A DNA stretch of 64,000 bases from Octopus vulgaris (Eukaryota). Below are positions 28,540 through 43,314 of the stretch, one piece after another. The stretch's first letter is position 1, and every line of letters begins with the position of its first letter. A program made the position numbers and the translations under genes. Under the pieces are notes generated by a model that saw only the letters and a program-made list of their open reading frames with translations, did no database searches and had not been told where the DNA came from. The stretch covers positions 38,440,001 to 38,504,000 of the forward strand of contig OX597820.1 in NCBI GenBank assembly GCA_951406725.2, given 5' to 3'.

Positions 28540-28584
28540 TGAACCTGAAGATTGCATAATTTAATGCATGAAAGTACTAGTTCA
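28540..28584 (+). ncRNA. Minimal type I hammerhead ribozyme of a Penelope pseudo-LTR
   Basis: UGAAC-CUGAAGA-U-UGCAU(aauuua)AUGCA-U-GAAA-GUAC-UA-GUUCA: 5-bp stem I, 5-bp stem II, palindromic AGUACU helix III. Confidence 0.8.
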
Positions 28585-28751
28585 ATCAGAATGAACATTT
28601 AACATTCTATTATTTTATTATATTATATTATATTATATTATATTATATTATCGTATATTATATCATTATAAGATTGTAAATAAAACGTGAAAATAAGACA
28701 AGGTTGGAATTCCTTTTATTAATATATTCTTCTATACACAATCACACACAC

Positions 28752-28814
<63 letters not shown>

Positions 28815-29146
28815 CATGGAAAATGTCAAGGTGGAAAATGCTAAAGTTTTATTAAAAATCATTTTAGAGCACCGGTTTCGGTCATTGAGACTTTTTCAAC
28901 TTTAAGTATGGAAAACGATTAAATTTTGGAAAAATTAAAAGGACAGTTTTTTAAAGGAAAATGTGCATTGTATTCAAATACAAGGGGCATTGTCTTTGTT
29001 TCTGCCCGTCTTTGTCTCTCTTGTGGGTTCGAAGTCGTTGTGAATCCTTGCCAGAGAAGAAGAAGAAGAAAAGAAAGTGGGAGCGGTAAGATAGTAGTAG
29101 GATATTAACAACCTGCTACCATCATACCACTCCCACATTATGATAA

Positions 29147-29218
<72 letters not shown>

Positions 29219-29223
29219 CATAT

Positions 29224-29285
<62 letters not shown>

Positions 29286-29289
<4 letters not shown>

Positions 29290-29457
29290 TCGATATAGCT
29301 CGTAGGATGAGCACCTGGATCTTAAGAACATTCCGGTACAGAGAACAAGGTGTCATCATACCACTTTTATCCTTCTCTGTACGGCCACACGTCGAATACT
29401 GCTGCCCACTGTGGTCTCCCCATACAAGACAAAACATCTCGAGAATTGAATCACCCC
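29286..29457 (+). mobile_element. CR1-clade RT C-terminal fragment
   Basis: [12 protein letters not shown]...[23 protein letters not shown]. Confidence 0.85.
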
Positions 29458-29860
29458 AGAAGAAGAAGAAACAGCAAAATCTGTGAAACAAATGAAATCC
29501 AAACTAAAATTAGAACAGCAACGGACCATGATAAAACGATGGCAAGAAAAGCCCATTCATGACAAATACTGGTCTAAACTAAACGCAAAAGAAATAGACA
29601 AAGCAAAATCTCTGCAATGGCTGAGAAGCTAATGACTCAAAGTAGATACTGAAGGATTTTAAAATGCAGCACAAGACCAAAGCCTCCGAACCAGAAATTA
29701 CCAAAAACATATAATGAAAAGAAACATAACAAGTAACTGCAGAATATGTGGAGATGAACAAGAAACAATAAATCATATTGTTTCTGGCTGCCCAGTCCTG
29801 GCTAAGGAAGAATATATTCACAGACACGACAGAGTTGTAGCCTACATACACTGGAAGCTA
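29458..29860 (+). mobile_element. Internal R4/Dong fragment, same family as 4001-4680
   Basis: RWQEKPIH...TEGF*NAAQDQSLRTRNY..CRICGDEQETINHIVSGC..RHD. About 29728-29860 aligns closely with the revcomp of about 4545-4677. Confidence 0.88.
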
Positions 29861-30019
29861 GAAAACTAGAAAACTTAGCTAGAAAACTAAGAACCGCAGA
29901 ACAAACACATGGAACGAAATGGCATCGCCAGAATTTTAGATGTAAAGAACGATGTTTCTGGTAAAGGAGATGCTGCTGCTGCTGTTGATGATGGTAATGA
30001 TGAAACGACAATAATAATA

Positions 30020-30735
30020 ATAATTTCCACAACAGGTCCAAAGCCAGAAATTTTCCACGAGTGGACTAGTCAATTATATCGACCCCTGTGCAGGACTAGT
30101 GCTTCATTACAGACCCCGAAAGAATGAAATGCAAAGTCGACTTCGGTGGAATCTGAGCTTAGAACGTGAAGATGTTCGAAATGCCCCTAAACATTCTGCC
30201 CGCTGTGCTAACGATTCTGGCAGCTCACCGCCTTAATAATTATGATGGTTTCAAAACTCGGCTTAAGGCCAGCAGGTTTGGTGAAGGGGCTAAGTCAATT
30301 ATATCGACTCCAATTTTCATCTGCTACCTATTTTATCAACCACAAAACGGATGAAATGCAAAGTCGACCTCAGCGGAATTTGAACTTGGAACGTGAGGAC
30401 GGATGAAATACCTATTTCTTTACTACCCACAAGGGGCTAAACATAGAGTGGACAAACAAGGACAGACAAAGGGATTAAATCGATTACATCGACCCCAGCG
30501 CGTTACTGGTACTTAATTTATCGACGCCGGAAGGATGAAAGGTAAAGCCAACCTCGGCGGAATTTCAACTCAGAACGTAACGGCAGCCGAAATACGGCGT
30601 GTTAACGTCTCTGCCAGCTCGCCGCCTTGGGCGGACGAAATGCCGGCAGCTCTCTCCACTTTACTATGTATTTTAGTTATAATCCTTTCTACTATAGGCA
30701 CAAAAGCCCGAACTTTTGGAGGAGGGGGAATAAAC
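30020..30735 (-). mobile_element. Cluster of 3-4 tRNA-derived SINEs (probable Meta-type central domain), one nested in another
   Basis: Repeated CGACCCC..GGATGAAA.GCAAAGTCGACCTCGGCGGAATTTGAACTCAGAACGT. The revcomp carries A-box (TGGCAGA) and B-box (GTTCAAATTCC) motifs. Copies at about 30020-30234, 30245-30660 and 30415-30628. Confidence 0.85.
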
Positions 30736-31059
30736 GTGACTAAAATAAATGTAATTAAAATAGAAACAAGACAAATGAAAATAACAATTACAACGAAAAG
30801 AACTCTGATGAAGTAAACAATAGAATGCTTGAGATGAAAACGTATATATGGTGAAAGCTGTACTTTCTAGTAAAACAAATTCATATTGATACTGAAAAAT
30901 GAAAGATACAAATTATTTCCTAGTGTTGAAGTACAGAGTAAAAGAGGGATAACAAAGGGACACCAAAGAGGTTAGTTATGTACACAGTGAAAGATTAAAT
31001 GTTAAATAGTGTTTATGTTATGGAATACTGTAGGTTTGACTAAGTATGATACTGTATTT

Positions 31060-31520
31060 CATATTATTTGAGTATGTTGCTCTGGAAATCGGAGAAATTG
31101 AGCTTCATTTTGTGGATTGAAAGGACATTGTGTTTATTGACTAAATTCCAAAGGGTAATACCATCAACGGAGAGTACTATAACAATAATATTGAAGCAGT
31201 TAGAAAAGGTTATCAAAACCAAACATTCAGGAAAGCGAACGTCGTCTTGTTCATCAGAACAATGAGCCAGCACGCAAGTCCTTTCAACAAGTTGATCACC
31301 CTCCCTATTTTCCGCTGTGATGATGATGTCATATCTGTTGTTGATGGCTTTCTCCATATCGACCATCGAAAGCTTCTTCCTCAATGGAATTCAAGCACTA
31401 CAACATTAATGGAAGAAGTGTGTGGACCGCAAGGGGTCTATGTTGAAAAATAAATCTCATTTGGTCCCATTCCATAAGATTATCTTGGTCAGCCTATGAA
31501 CTTTTCAGCCGGCACTCGTA
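31060..31520 (+). mobile_element. mariner relic with right end
   Basis: FCGLKGHCVY..KGNTINGEYY-type and RCDDDVISVV..WKKCV..GVYVEK* segments; ends ..GCACTCG-TA. Confidence 0.7.
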
Positions 31521-31593
31521 TATATGTAGGTGTGTGTGTGTGCGTGTGTGTGAGTATATGTGCGTGTAAATGCACACATACATTCACACACTC

Positions 31594-31646
<53 letters not shown>

Positions 31647-32960
31647 TCTATTTATATATCCAGCCATATATATTTTTTAATGTTTGTAAGCCTGTTATAT
31701 TTCATTCATTTCTCTCTTTCTCCCTCTTTCTCTCTCTTTCCCTGTTTCTGTCTGTCTTCGGATTTTTTTTGCAAAGAAAACTGACCTTTGGAGACGGAGT
31801 TTAACAAACAGTAGTAATACATACACAAATATAATTAGTATTTCTGATAAGATCATACTGTAGCGTAATCGAGAGACATTTCACAAATAAACAACTAAAT
31901 TCACCCGAGAATTTTATTCACTGTCGAGCTTCTTCAAAGTTCTCAACTTGCCCTTTATTTTGACCTCAGCAATGCAGCAGAATCTGTATGAAGAAGACGG
32001 AAGGTGGATATGAATGCGACAATGGAGCGCCAACCTAAGTACATAATAGTGTTTAGTTTCGTCACCCCAGTGAGATTCAGAAAAGAAATCACACCAGGTT
32101 TGATTTTACATTTCATCTCTAGGGGGACTGAAAATATAAGAACCAATTGTATATTGCTTTGTAATGAATCAACGATGCTGAATCCATTACAATAATTAAC
32201 TTTGTAGTCGAATTACAAATGAAATTTGAAAATGCTAGATGGTTTGTTTGCTGAGACTAGAGGGCGTCAAATAGTTCGCGGTTTTATTGATTTATAGTTC
32301 AAACCCAACCAATGTTCGTTTGTTTGTTTTCTTTCATCTTTGATTTTAACAAACACACACATTCACATAAATCACACCTATACATGCAGACCACCTCCAA
32401 TGCATGAACACAAGCGTGTACACATATATGAATTAAGAAATGCAATGGGACATAATACACATGGAAACATTACAAAAACTTTTACTGACTTAAATTTAAT
32501 TAACACGCATTTAATTTCACAGAGAAAATAGAGTTAATGGTTTAGCAATACGGATATCTCTGCGGTACGAGCCTAGGAAGATATCGACTAATTTCGGCTA
32601 TCTCCGGATAATCGAAATGCTTGTTTCTTTCGTTTTACAGAGAGAAATAACTACTGAAAACTACTTTAGGATAAATACACATGGGTAACAAAATCTAGAA
32701 ATGTTAAGATTTCTATAATGTGTAGGAGAAAGAAATATTGGTTTCAAATGTTGACACGGGGCCAGCAGTTTTGGGCAAAGATGTTCTAGTGGTACTTATT
32801 TTATAGTTCAATACTCTAAGTGAGGCGCAGACAGACAGCCGACAACTGATGAACGGTCGTTCCTTGTGTTACTTGTCCTGTTTTCCATCTTTTTCTCGTT
32901 GTTTCCATATTTAACACGTTTAATTTCGTATTTCATGTTGTTTACAGTCGGTGACATCCT

Positions 32961-33016
<56 letters not shown>

Positions 33017-33017
<1 letters not shown>

Positions 33018-33390
33018 CAAAATTTAGAGGACAGACCACTAAAAGTGAACAGCCTATATGCTAAACATAGACATCAAATCGCTATTATCACGAAGAATGT
33101 GTTTTCAAAAAAATCTCAGCAATAAGCTAAAAAAATAAGCAAGGCAAATGAAAATATACGAAATAAAAAACTATTACCTATGTACCATTGGTTTCACTTG
33201 TTAATATTTACGTATATGTACACGCAAACATCTGCAAGATCATCAGCATAGTCTGCCTTGCTTATTTCTACCTTTTGGTTTATTGCTGAGTTTTTTCTTG
33301 AGAACACATTCTTCGTGGTAATGGCGACTTGACATCTATGTTTAGCATATAGGCTGTCCACTTTTAGTGGTCAGTCCTCTAAATTGTGTA
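33017..33390. repeat. Fold-back element: ~130-bp inverted repeat arms with ~105-bp spacer (Penelope-type inverted pseudo-LTR candidate)
   Basis: 33017-33148 matches the revcomp of 33253-33390 (AATTTAGAGGAC.GACCACTAAAAGTG.ACAGCCTATATGCTAAACATAGA...AAATAAGCAAGGCA), with mostly transition differences. Confidence 0.92.
33178..33251 (-). ncRNA. Type I hammerhead ribozyme
   Basis: Minus strand: CUAUG-CUGAUGA-U-CUUG...CAAG-U-GAAA-CC(AAU)GG-UA-CAUAG. Full core, 5-bp stem I, 4-bp stem II base, 3-bp helix III, GUA cleavage triplet. Confidence 0.82.
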
Positions 33391-33514
33391 TGTAGCACAA
33401 TATTTAATCTTCGGATTTTTAAAGTATGCTAAGCCACTGGTTTTAATTGATCAATATCAATGTCAATCCTTACTTAATTTTAAATAAAAAATAAAAGTTC
33501 TCTAACCGGAAAAT

Positions 33515-33980
<466 letters not shown>

Positions 33981-34275
33981 AACCCAAAAATGGCAGAAAT
34001 TCAAAAGATAGTGCTCATGGGAACTGCTCATATCCTACGCAAAATACTTTCTATGTAATCTCAAGGTTTAAAACAAACATAATTTTCGGTTTAAAAAAAA
34101 AAAAAAAAAAAAAAAAATTTTTTTTAGACATTCATTAGTACAACACCCCCACCCCCCAAATATATGGCACACTAGGCATAACAACAACATGAACTTCCAA
34201 CCCTGTTGTCTCTTGAGGTCTCTGGGTGAGACTTGGAGCCAACTTGTACAAATATAAAGCAAAAGTCAAACATAG
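33981..34275 (+). mobile_element. 295-bp 3'-end copy of the adjacent R4/Dong element
   Basis: Identical to 37988-38279 except internal poly(A) length (25 vs 22). Followed by an (AAT)/(AAC)/(AAT) tail at 34276-34400. Confidence 0.97.
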
Positions 34276-35680
<1,405 letters not shown>

Positions 35681-38065
35681 CACAGCGAAAAGGCCCCCTG
35701 GATTGATAGAATATCTAAAGAACTGGACTCCTTAGAAGAGCAAAAGTGGGAGGGTGTCAAGGTAGAAGATATAAGATCTGCTCTCAGGAGGTCAAGCAAA
35801 TGGAAGTCTCCAGGAAAGGATAAAATCCCTAACTTTTGGTTGAATGCCTTCCCAGAGAGCCATGAACTGCTAGCAGAACTTTACAATGATGTTTTGCAAC
35901 ACCCTAGTAGGATGCCTCCTTGGCTAGTTAATGGGTTAACATTCCTGCTTCCAAAAAGTGAAGAAACAAATGAACCCAAAAACTATAGACCCATAACCTG
36001 CTTAACAACTATGTATAAAACACTAACATCTGTCCTGACGGAATATACCTATAGTTTTTTGACAGACAGCAGCATATTCCCTAATGAACAGAAAGGATGT
36101 AAACGTGGATCCTACGGTTGTAAAGATCAACTACTCATCAATAAGATGATCTTAGAAGATTGTCACAAACGACACAAAAACTTATCAATAGCCTGGATAG
36201 ACTATAAAAAGGCTTTTGATAGCCTACCACATAGCTGGATTAATAAATGCCTAGAAATGTATAAGATAGCACCTGCTCTGCGAAACTTTTTGTCTGTAAG
36301 TATGAGATCATGGAGAACCACACTAACTTTGAACAGTGACAATGAATCTCTAAATGCTGGTGATGTAAAAATTTCATGTGGCATTTTCCAGGGTGACTCA
36401 CTATCACCGCTCCTCTTCTGTTTAGCCTTAATACCTCTCTCAAAACTGCTCAATGATGCGCAGTACGGATATAAAATGTTTGATAAAAATATAAATCATC
36501 TCATTTACATGGATGATTTAAAGCTCTTTGCAAAAAATGACCAACAACTCAAGGGCTTACTAGCGATTGTCAAACAATTCAGTGATGACATCAGAATGCA
36601 ATTTGGCCTCGATAAATGCGCAAAAGCTACCTTTATCAAAGGAAAAATGACAGAAACATCTAACGTTAACCATGACCAGCAGAATGTCATAAAAGAATTA
36701 GACCCAGCAGAGAACTACAAGTATCTAGGGGTAATTGAAGGAGAAGGAATAAGGCATTCAGAGATGAAGGAAAGGATCAGGAGAGAATGCTATCGCAGAG
36801 TAAGAGCAATACTCAAGACAGAGCTGAATGCGAGAAACAGGATCGAAGCGATCAATGCATTAGCCATACCAGTCGTGACTTACAGTTTCAGTATCGTTAA
36901 CTGGTCAATTACTGAAATATGTAATCTTGACAGAAAAATACGAAAACTGTTGACAATGCATAGAATGCACCACCCTAAAGCAGATACAGAACGACTTTAT
37001 CTGCCAAGAAAAGAGGGAGGCCGTGGACTTTTACAACTGGCAATAACAATGAAGATTGCTACAATTGGCCTAGACACCTACCTGAAAAACTCTGAGGACT
37101 GGATGTTAAAACTTGTCTCAAAACATGAAAACAAGAAAGCATCATACTCAGTAACAAAACAGGCAAAGGAATATCTAAGTGAATTCCGAATACAACAAAT
37201 TTCGGAATTAGAGATAGACATACAAGAAACAGGCACAGAAAAAGCTAAGCGCATGAAAACCCGTGCTAAATCTGCGGCCTTAGATATTCTGAATGATAAA
37301 TGGAAAGAAAAACCTCTCTATGGCAAATACCCAAAGAGAGCAAATAATGCAGATGTTGACAAAGCCCTGACCCATCAATGGCTAATGGCCTCTGGCTTAA
37401 AATCTGAAACAGAGGGGTTTATCATAGCAGCTCAAGATCAATGCCTACCAACAAGAAACTACCAGGCCAACATATTAAAGATCAGAAGCAGTCCAACGTG
37501 TCGTGTATGCAAGCAACAAAATGAAACCATTGACCATGTGGTCTCCAAGTGCAGTCTTCTAGCGCCTACAGAGTATCTCAACAGGCACGATAGAGCTGCA
37601 CAATATATTCACTGGGTAATCTGTAAAAACCTGGATTTGCCCCATGAAAAAAACTGGTGGGAACACAAACCACCCCCAGTGCTTGAAAATGACCACATCT
37701 CACTCCTCTGGAACTTCGCCATTCAAACTGACAGAAAGATAGATGCAAATAGGCCAGACATCATATTGAAAGACTTCAAACAAAGAACATGCTTCCTCAT
37801 TGATATGACTGTCCCAATCGATATAAACGTATCTGTCAAGACCTACCAAAAACTGAGCAAATATAAAGATCTTGAAATAGAAATCAGTAAAATGTGGAAG
37901 CTGAAGACTAAAACAATACCTGTTGTCATAGGTGCCCTGGGAATGATAGCAATAGGGGCAGATAGCTACCTAACTCAGATACCAGGAAACCCAAAAATGG
38001 CAGAAATTCAAAAGATAGTGCTCATGGGAACTGCTCATATCCTACGCAAAATACTTTCTATGTAA
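35681..38065 (+). CDS. Reverse transcriptase, CCHC zinc knuckle and restriction-like endonuclease (R4/Dong)
   Basis: The frame is open from 35681 (track ORF 35840-38065): WKSPGKDKIPNFW, NYRPITCL, WIDYKKAFDS, GIFQGDSLSPLLF, YMDDLKLF, YKYLGV, CRVC..ETIDHVVSKC, RHD, RPDII..LIDMTVP..KLSKY. Confidence 0.96.
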   Translation, partial: HSEKAPWIDRISKELDSLEEQKWEGVKVEDIRSALRRSSKWKSPGKDKIPNFWLNAFPESHELLAELYNDVLQHPSRMPPWLVNGLTFLLPKSEETNEPKNYRPITCLTTMYKTLTSVLTEYTYSFLTDSSIFPNEQKGCKRGSYGCKDQLLINKMILEDCHKRHKNLSIAWIDYKKAFDSLPHSWINKCLEMYKIAPALRNFLSVSMRSWRTTLTLNSDNESLNAGDVKISCGIFQGDSLSPLLFCLALIPLSKLLNDAQYGYKMFDKNINHLIYMDDLKLFAKNDQQLKGLLAIVKQFSDDIRMQFGLDKCAKATFIKGKMTETSNVNHDQQNVIKELDPAENYKYLGVIEGEGIRHSEMKERIRRECYRRVRAILKTELNARNRIEAINALAIPVVTYSFSIVNWSITEICNLDRKIRKLLTMHRMHHPKADTERLYLPRKEGGRGLLQLAITMKIATIGLDTYLKNSEDWMLKLVSKHENKKASYSVTKQAKEYLSEFRIQQISELEIDIQETGTEKAKRMKTRAKSAALDILNDKWKEKPLYGKYPKRANNADVDKALTHQWLMASGLKSETEGFIIAAQDQCLPTRNYQANILKIRSSPTCRVCKQQNETIDHVVSKCSLLAPTEYLNRHDRAAQYIHWVICKNLDLPHEKNWWEHKPPPVLENDHISLLWNFAIQTDRKIDANRPDIILKDFKQRTCFLIDMTVPIDINVSVKTYQKLSKYKDLEIEISKMWKLKTKTIPVVIGALGMIAIGADSYLTQIPGNPKMAEIQKIVLMGTAHILRKILSM

Positions 38066-38278
38066 TCTCAAGGTTTAAAACAAACATAATTTTCGGTTTA
38101 AAAAAAAAAAAAAAAAAAAAATTTTTTTTAGACATTCATTAGTACAACACCCCCACCCCCCAAATATATGGCACACTAGGCATAACAACAACATGAACTT
38201 CCAACCCTGTTGTCTCTTGAGGTCTCTGGGTGAGACTTGGAGCCAACTTGTACAAATATAAAGCAAAAGTCAAACATA

Positions 38279-39790
<1,512 letters not shown>

Positions 39791-39893
39791 TCTGTGTTGT
39801 ATTACATGGAGATATTTCGCTGCTGCTCCTGTCACTTTTCCCTTCCCAAGCTTTCACTTTAAAAATACATTTATTATTTATACATGCATACAA

Positions 39894-39926
<33 letters not shown>

Positions 39927-40661
39927 GTGTATTATTCAGACCTACCTAGGCATATGAATAGATTGATAGCTTTATATATGTATGTGAATGTGTGGATGTA
40001 CGGGTAAATGTGTTTTAGAGAGGAATGAGAGAACAGAGAGGCAAGGGAGTTGGAAGGGGATAAATATTGTAATTTGAGTGAAATATTTTTAAGAGCGTTT
40101 ATTTTCGGCATACAATTTTTCATTCACTCACATATACGCATGTGGACACTTAGATATATACACACATTCATACATACGTACATACATACATACATACATA
40201 CATGTATACATACTTACATACATACGAACATACATACATACACGCACATACAAGAAGCAAACAACCCTACACACAAACACACCCACTCACCAACACACAC
40301 ACACGCACACACACACACAAACGTACAAACACAGAAGCACACCCATGTGCATACTTACATAGAGAAATACGTAATTGCACATGTTTTCCTCGTTTTAATG
40401 AAATTGCATGGTGCCCCTTTAGATCATATTTTACTGTTATTATACATATATTGCCTATATATCATCTAAATATGACAAGCACCTTTTGAAGGCACACATC
40501 TGAGATAGGAAGAGCCCAAGCCGCACTGAGTGGCCTTAGACAACATATCTATTTCTTGTTATTCCTTATCTATTACTCATCAGTGCGTGTGTCAATTGCT
40601 CTAAAGAAGTAATATTAAGTACTCCAATATTTATTTTCCTTCTGTTTTTAATTGTGTGATT

Positions 40662-40693
<32 letters not shown>

Positions 40694-40785
40694 TGTATGT
40701 ATGTATGTATGTATGTATGTATGTACATGTATGCATGTATGTGTATATATATATGTATATATATGTATATATATGTACATATATG

Positions 40786-40816
<31 letters not shown>

Positions 40817-40841
40817 ATATCTTTGTGTACACACATATACG

Positions 40842-40885
<44 letters not shown>

Positions 40886-41270
40886 AATCAAACTAATCAA
40901 CACGGATATCTGGAGGTAATGCAGTACGATCGTTTCATGCAACTAAATTTCATTGTTAACAATGCAATCATTACATCAATTTAAAATTCAGAGTAATCCT
41001 CAGCTGTCAAAAGGCATAGAATTTAATTAAATTAGAACACATGGACACATTACTATTATTATACCTAAAATCTCCAAGAAGCTAAAGAGATAGAGAAAGA
41101 ACATGCTGTCTTCACTCCAGCGTAGAAGTTACTAAGTTATCAAGAAGATATAAATTGTTACAGACTCTGCCTGTCTAATTCACTGACTTTTGCGAGCTAA
41201 CTTGTAGCACGAAGAATTTTGAAGTACCTGCAAAACAGAATATTTTAAGCTATTGGATCAACTCCTTTGC

Positions 41271-41381
<111 letters not shown>

Positions 41382-41424
41382 TGCGTGCCTGTGTCTGTTT
41401 AAAAAAATATATAAATGTAACTGA

Positions 41425-41922
41425 GGGCATGTACTGAGAGTGATACAAATCAAACAACCAATCAATGTCTTGGTGATTAGAGTGATCACTAGTGATGGCG
41501 ATGTTATGCCTACATTCATATTCCCACACGGCGTCAGACTCGATACGAAGATCTACATCAAGTGCCTGGTGGAGGTAGTGCTGCCCTGGTTCAAGAGGTG
41601 GCTGCTGGAGAACCTATGTCTGGCAATATGACTGTGCACCATGCAACACAAACAGAAGCACCCTGTCATGGTTGTCAGACAATTTCTGCGACCACATCAC
41701 CCCTAATATCTGACTACATATCTCCCTAGGATGCAACCCTCTTGATTATTATGTGTGGGGCGCAGTTGAGACCAACAGAACTCCTTGTAACACCAAAGAT
41801 GATTTGAAGGCAAGGATTATAGCGTAAACAACTTAAACAAGGAGATCATCCAGAAGAGTTGCAGGAGATTCCGAAGTCACCTGGAGGCCATGGATGAAGC
41901 CAATGGCGATTTTATTGAATAA
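41425..41922 (+). mobile_element. Tc1/mariner-superfamily (maT/DD37D-like) transposase relic
   Basis: [16 protein letters not shown]...WQYDCAPCNT..WLSDNFCDHITPNI*..CNPLDYYVWGAVE..F..HLEAMDEANGDFIE*. Confidence 0.8.
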
Positions 41923-42994
41923 ACCAGCTTTTCATTGAAATTCTCTTAAGAGCAAGAGAAAAGAATATATGCCATGAAACTTTTGCGAAGTCCTATACAG
42001 GAAAATATATCCTTGCAGATATTTCGACAAATGCTCGTTCCCCGACTTCGCTTAATTACACCTTTACTACTTATGTTCTACGAATCGGCATGAGTATCAC
42101 TATATGTATAGTTCTTGCTCAAGATACAGGTTTGAGTTTCATTCAATTCAAAGTGCTAAAAAAAAAAGATATTAGATGTCTCGGAGTTTAAGATCAATTA
42201 GTAAACTTAGAATCAATTAGTAAGTTTTCAATTAAGAAATACACACCATTAGATAAATGACTTAGTTAATAAAATAAAACCAAGGCAACACAAGTGTTTC
42301 TATCATCAGAGAACAAGCCGCAACCACATACGCACATACAAAACGATATGAACAAAGACACCTTCACAGGTATGCACATGGACATACACATTACGGATGC
42401 AGAAAAGTATTTTGCACTTATACACGTATTTATGCATTCACACCCGTACGTAAGCACTCACAGACAACCGCATACACAAACACTTAGGTATTTACAAACG
42501 CACATATGCACGTGCGTACGCGTGGAAATTAACAACTGTTGTGGTGTTTCAGAAAATAGACAAAACCAGAAGAAGCAATAAATTGAAAGTTAATGCTGCA
42601 AACCACGATATACAATGTTCTTAACATAACTAACTCACAAGTCATTAACAACTAATTTAAAAACATACTTAAGTAACACAAACACAAGACAAAAGTTTAG
42701 TAAGACCTCTAATGTTACTGACTGCAATAATGACTCCTAACTTTGGTGGAACGCAACAAATCTTAGTTGATTGGATTAAAGTTTCGAAGAAATTCAATTT
42801 GAACTGAAAATACTGAGTGACAAAATTAAAATTTGTAATAGTGAATACGGTTGTTCCTATCTGGTCACTCAACTTGCTAGAAATGGTCGCTAGTTGCCTC
42901 TCAGGTGTCTCACTACCGCAATAGAAACTTATGAAGGTATAGAATATTAAGGTAAAAAGTAGTTATGACCAATGACCACATCATCACCAACAGC

Positions 42995-43199
42995 CGTTCA
43001 AGAATTTGGATCTGGAGATCTACATTTCCAGTGACTTCGAGGGCCACCTTCCAGTGGTGTCGGACGTCAACGAAGAGCCCTCGACTACAACAAGACAACC
43101 AAAGTTGTTTTTTCCAAGATGTGGGGTCTCCCGCCCCGAAGCCCTAGACCATCACCTAATCACCCTTACCCGTCTTGTTGCTTAACAACAACAACAACA
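42995..43199 (+). mobile_element. 205-bp retroposed insertion with (CAA)n tail and 15-bp TSD
   Basis: ATCATCACCAACAGC at 42980-42994 and 43200-43214; GC-rich body; (AAC)5 tail. Confidence 0.75.
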
Positions 43200-43314
43200 A
43201 TCATCACCAACAGCGCTAACAACAATAGGGACATCAACAAAAGCCTCACCTTCCCTCGATAAAGTTATTTAGATCGGCGACAACTCCAGCGTTATTCATA
43301 ACAAAGTTATAATA

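Larger units (their letters stand above)
27345..28740 (+). mobile_element. 5'-truncated Penelope-like element (thumb/linker, GIY-YIG endonuclease, 3' pseudo-LTR)
   Basis: IPFIVTHNP...KRKPKNLKKLL..KCNDSRCGTC..NCKSRKLIYCIKCPNC..R.RVHRQQI..H..C..ERKIRENNFIDKFEPKLN*. The YIG motif is deleted. Hammerhead motif downstream. Confidence 0.88.

Noticed and set aside
28865-28902. Hammerhead-like GTC..GAC-C-GAAACCGGT on the minus strand
   Set aside because: The core reads UUGAAAA and the cleavage triplet is lost. At most a dead Penelope relic.
32830-32965. CGACAACTGATGA repeat (inverted relative at about 19250-19340) as a ribozyme
   Set aside because: No correctly placed GAAA or pairing stems; treated as an unclassified interspersed repeat.
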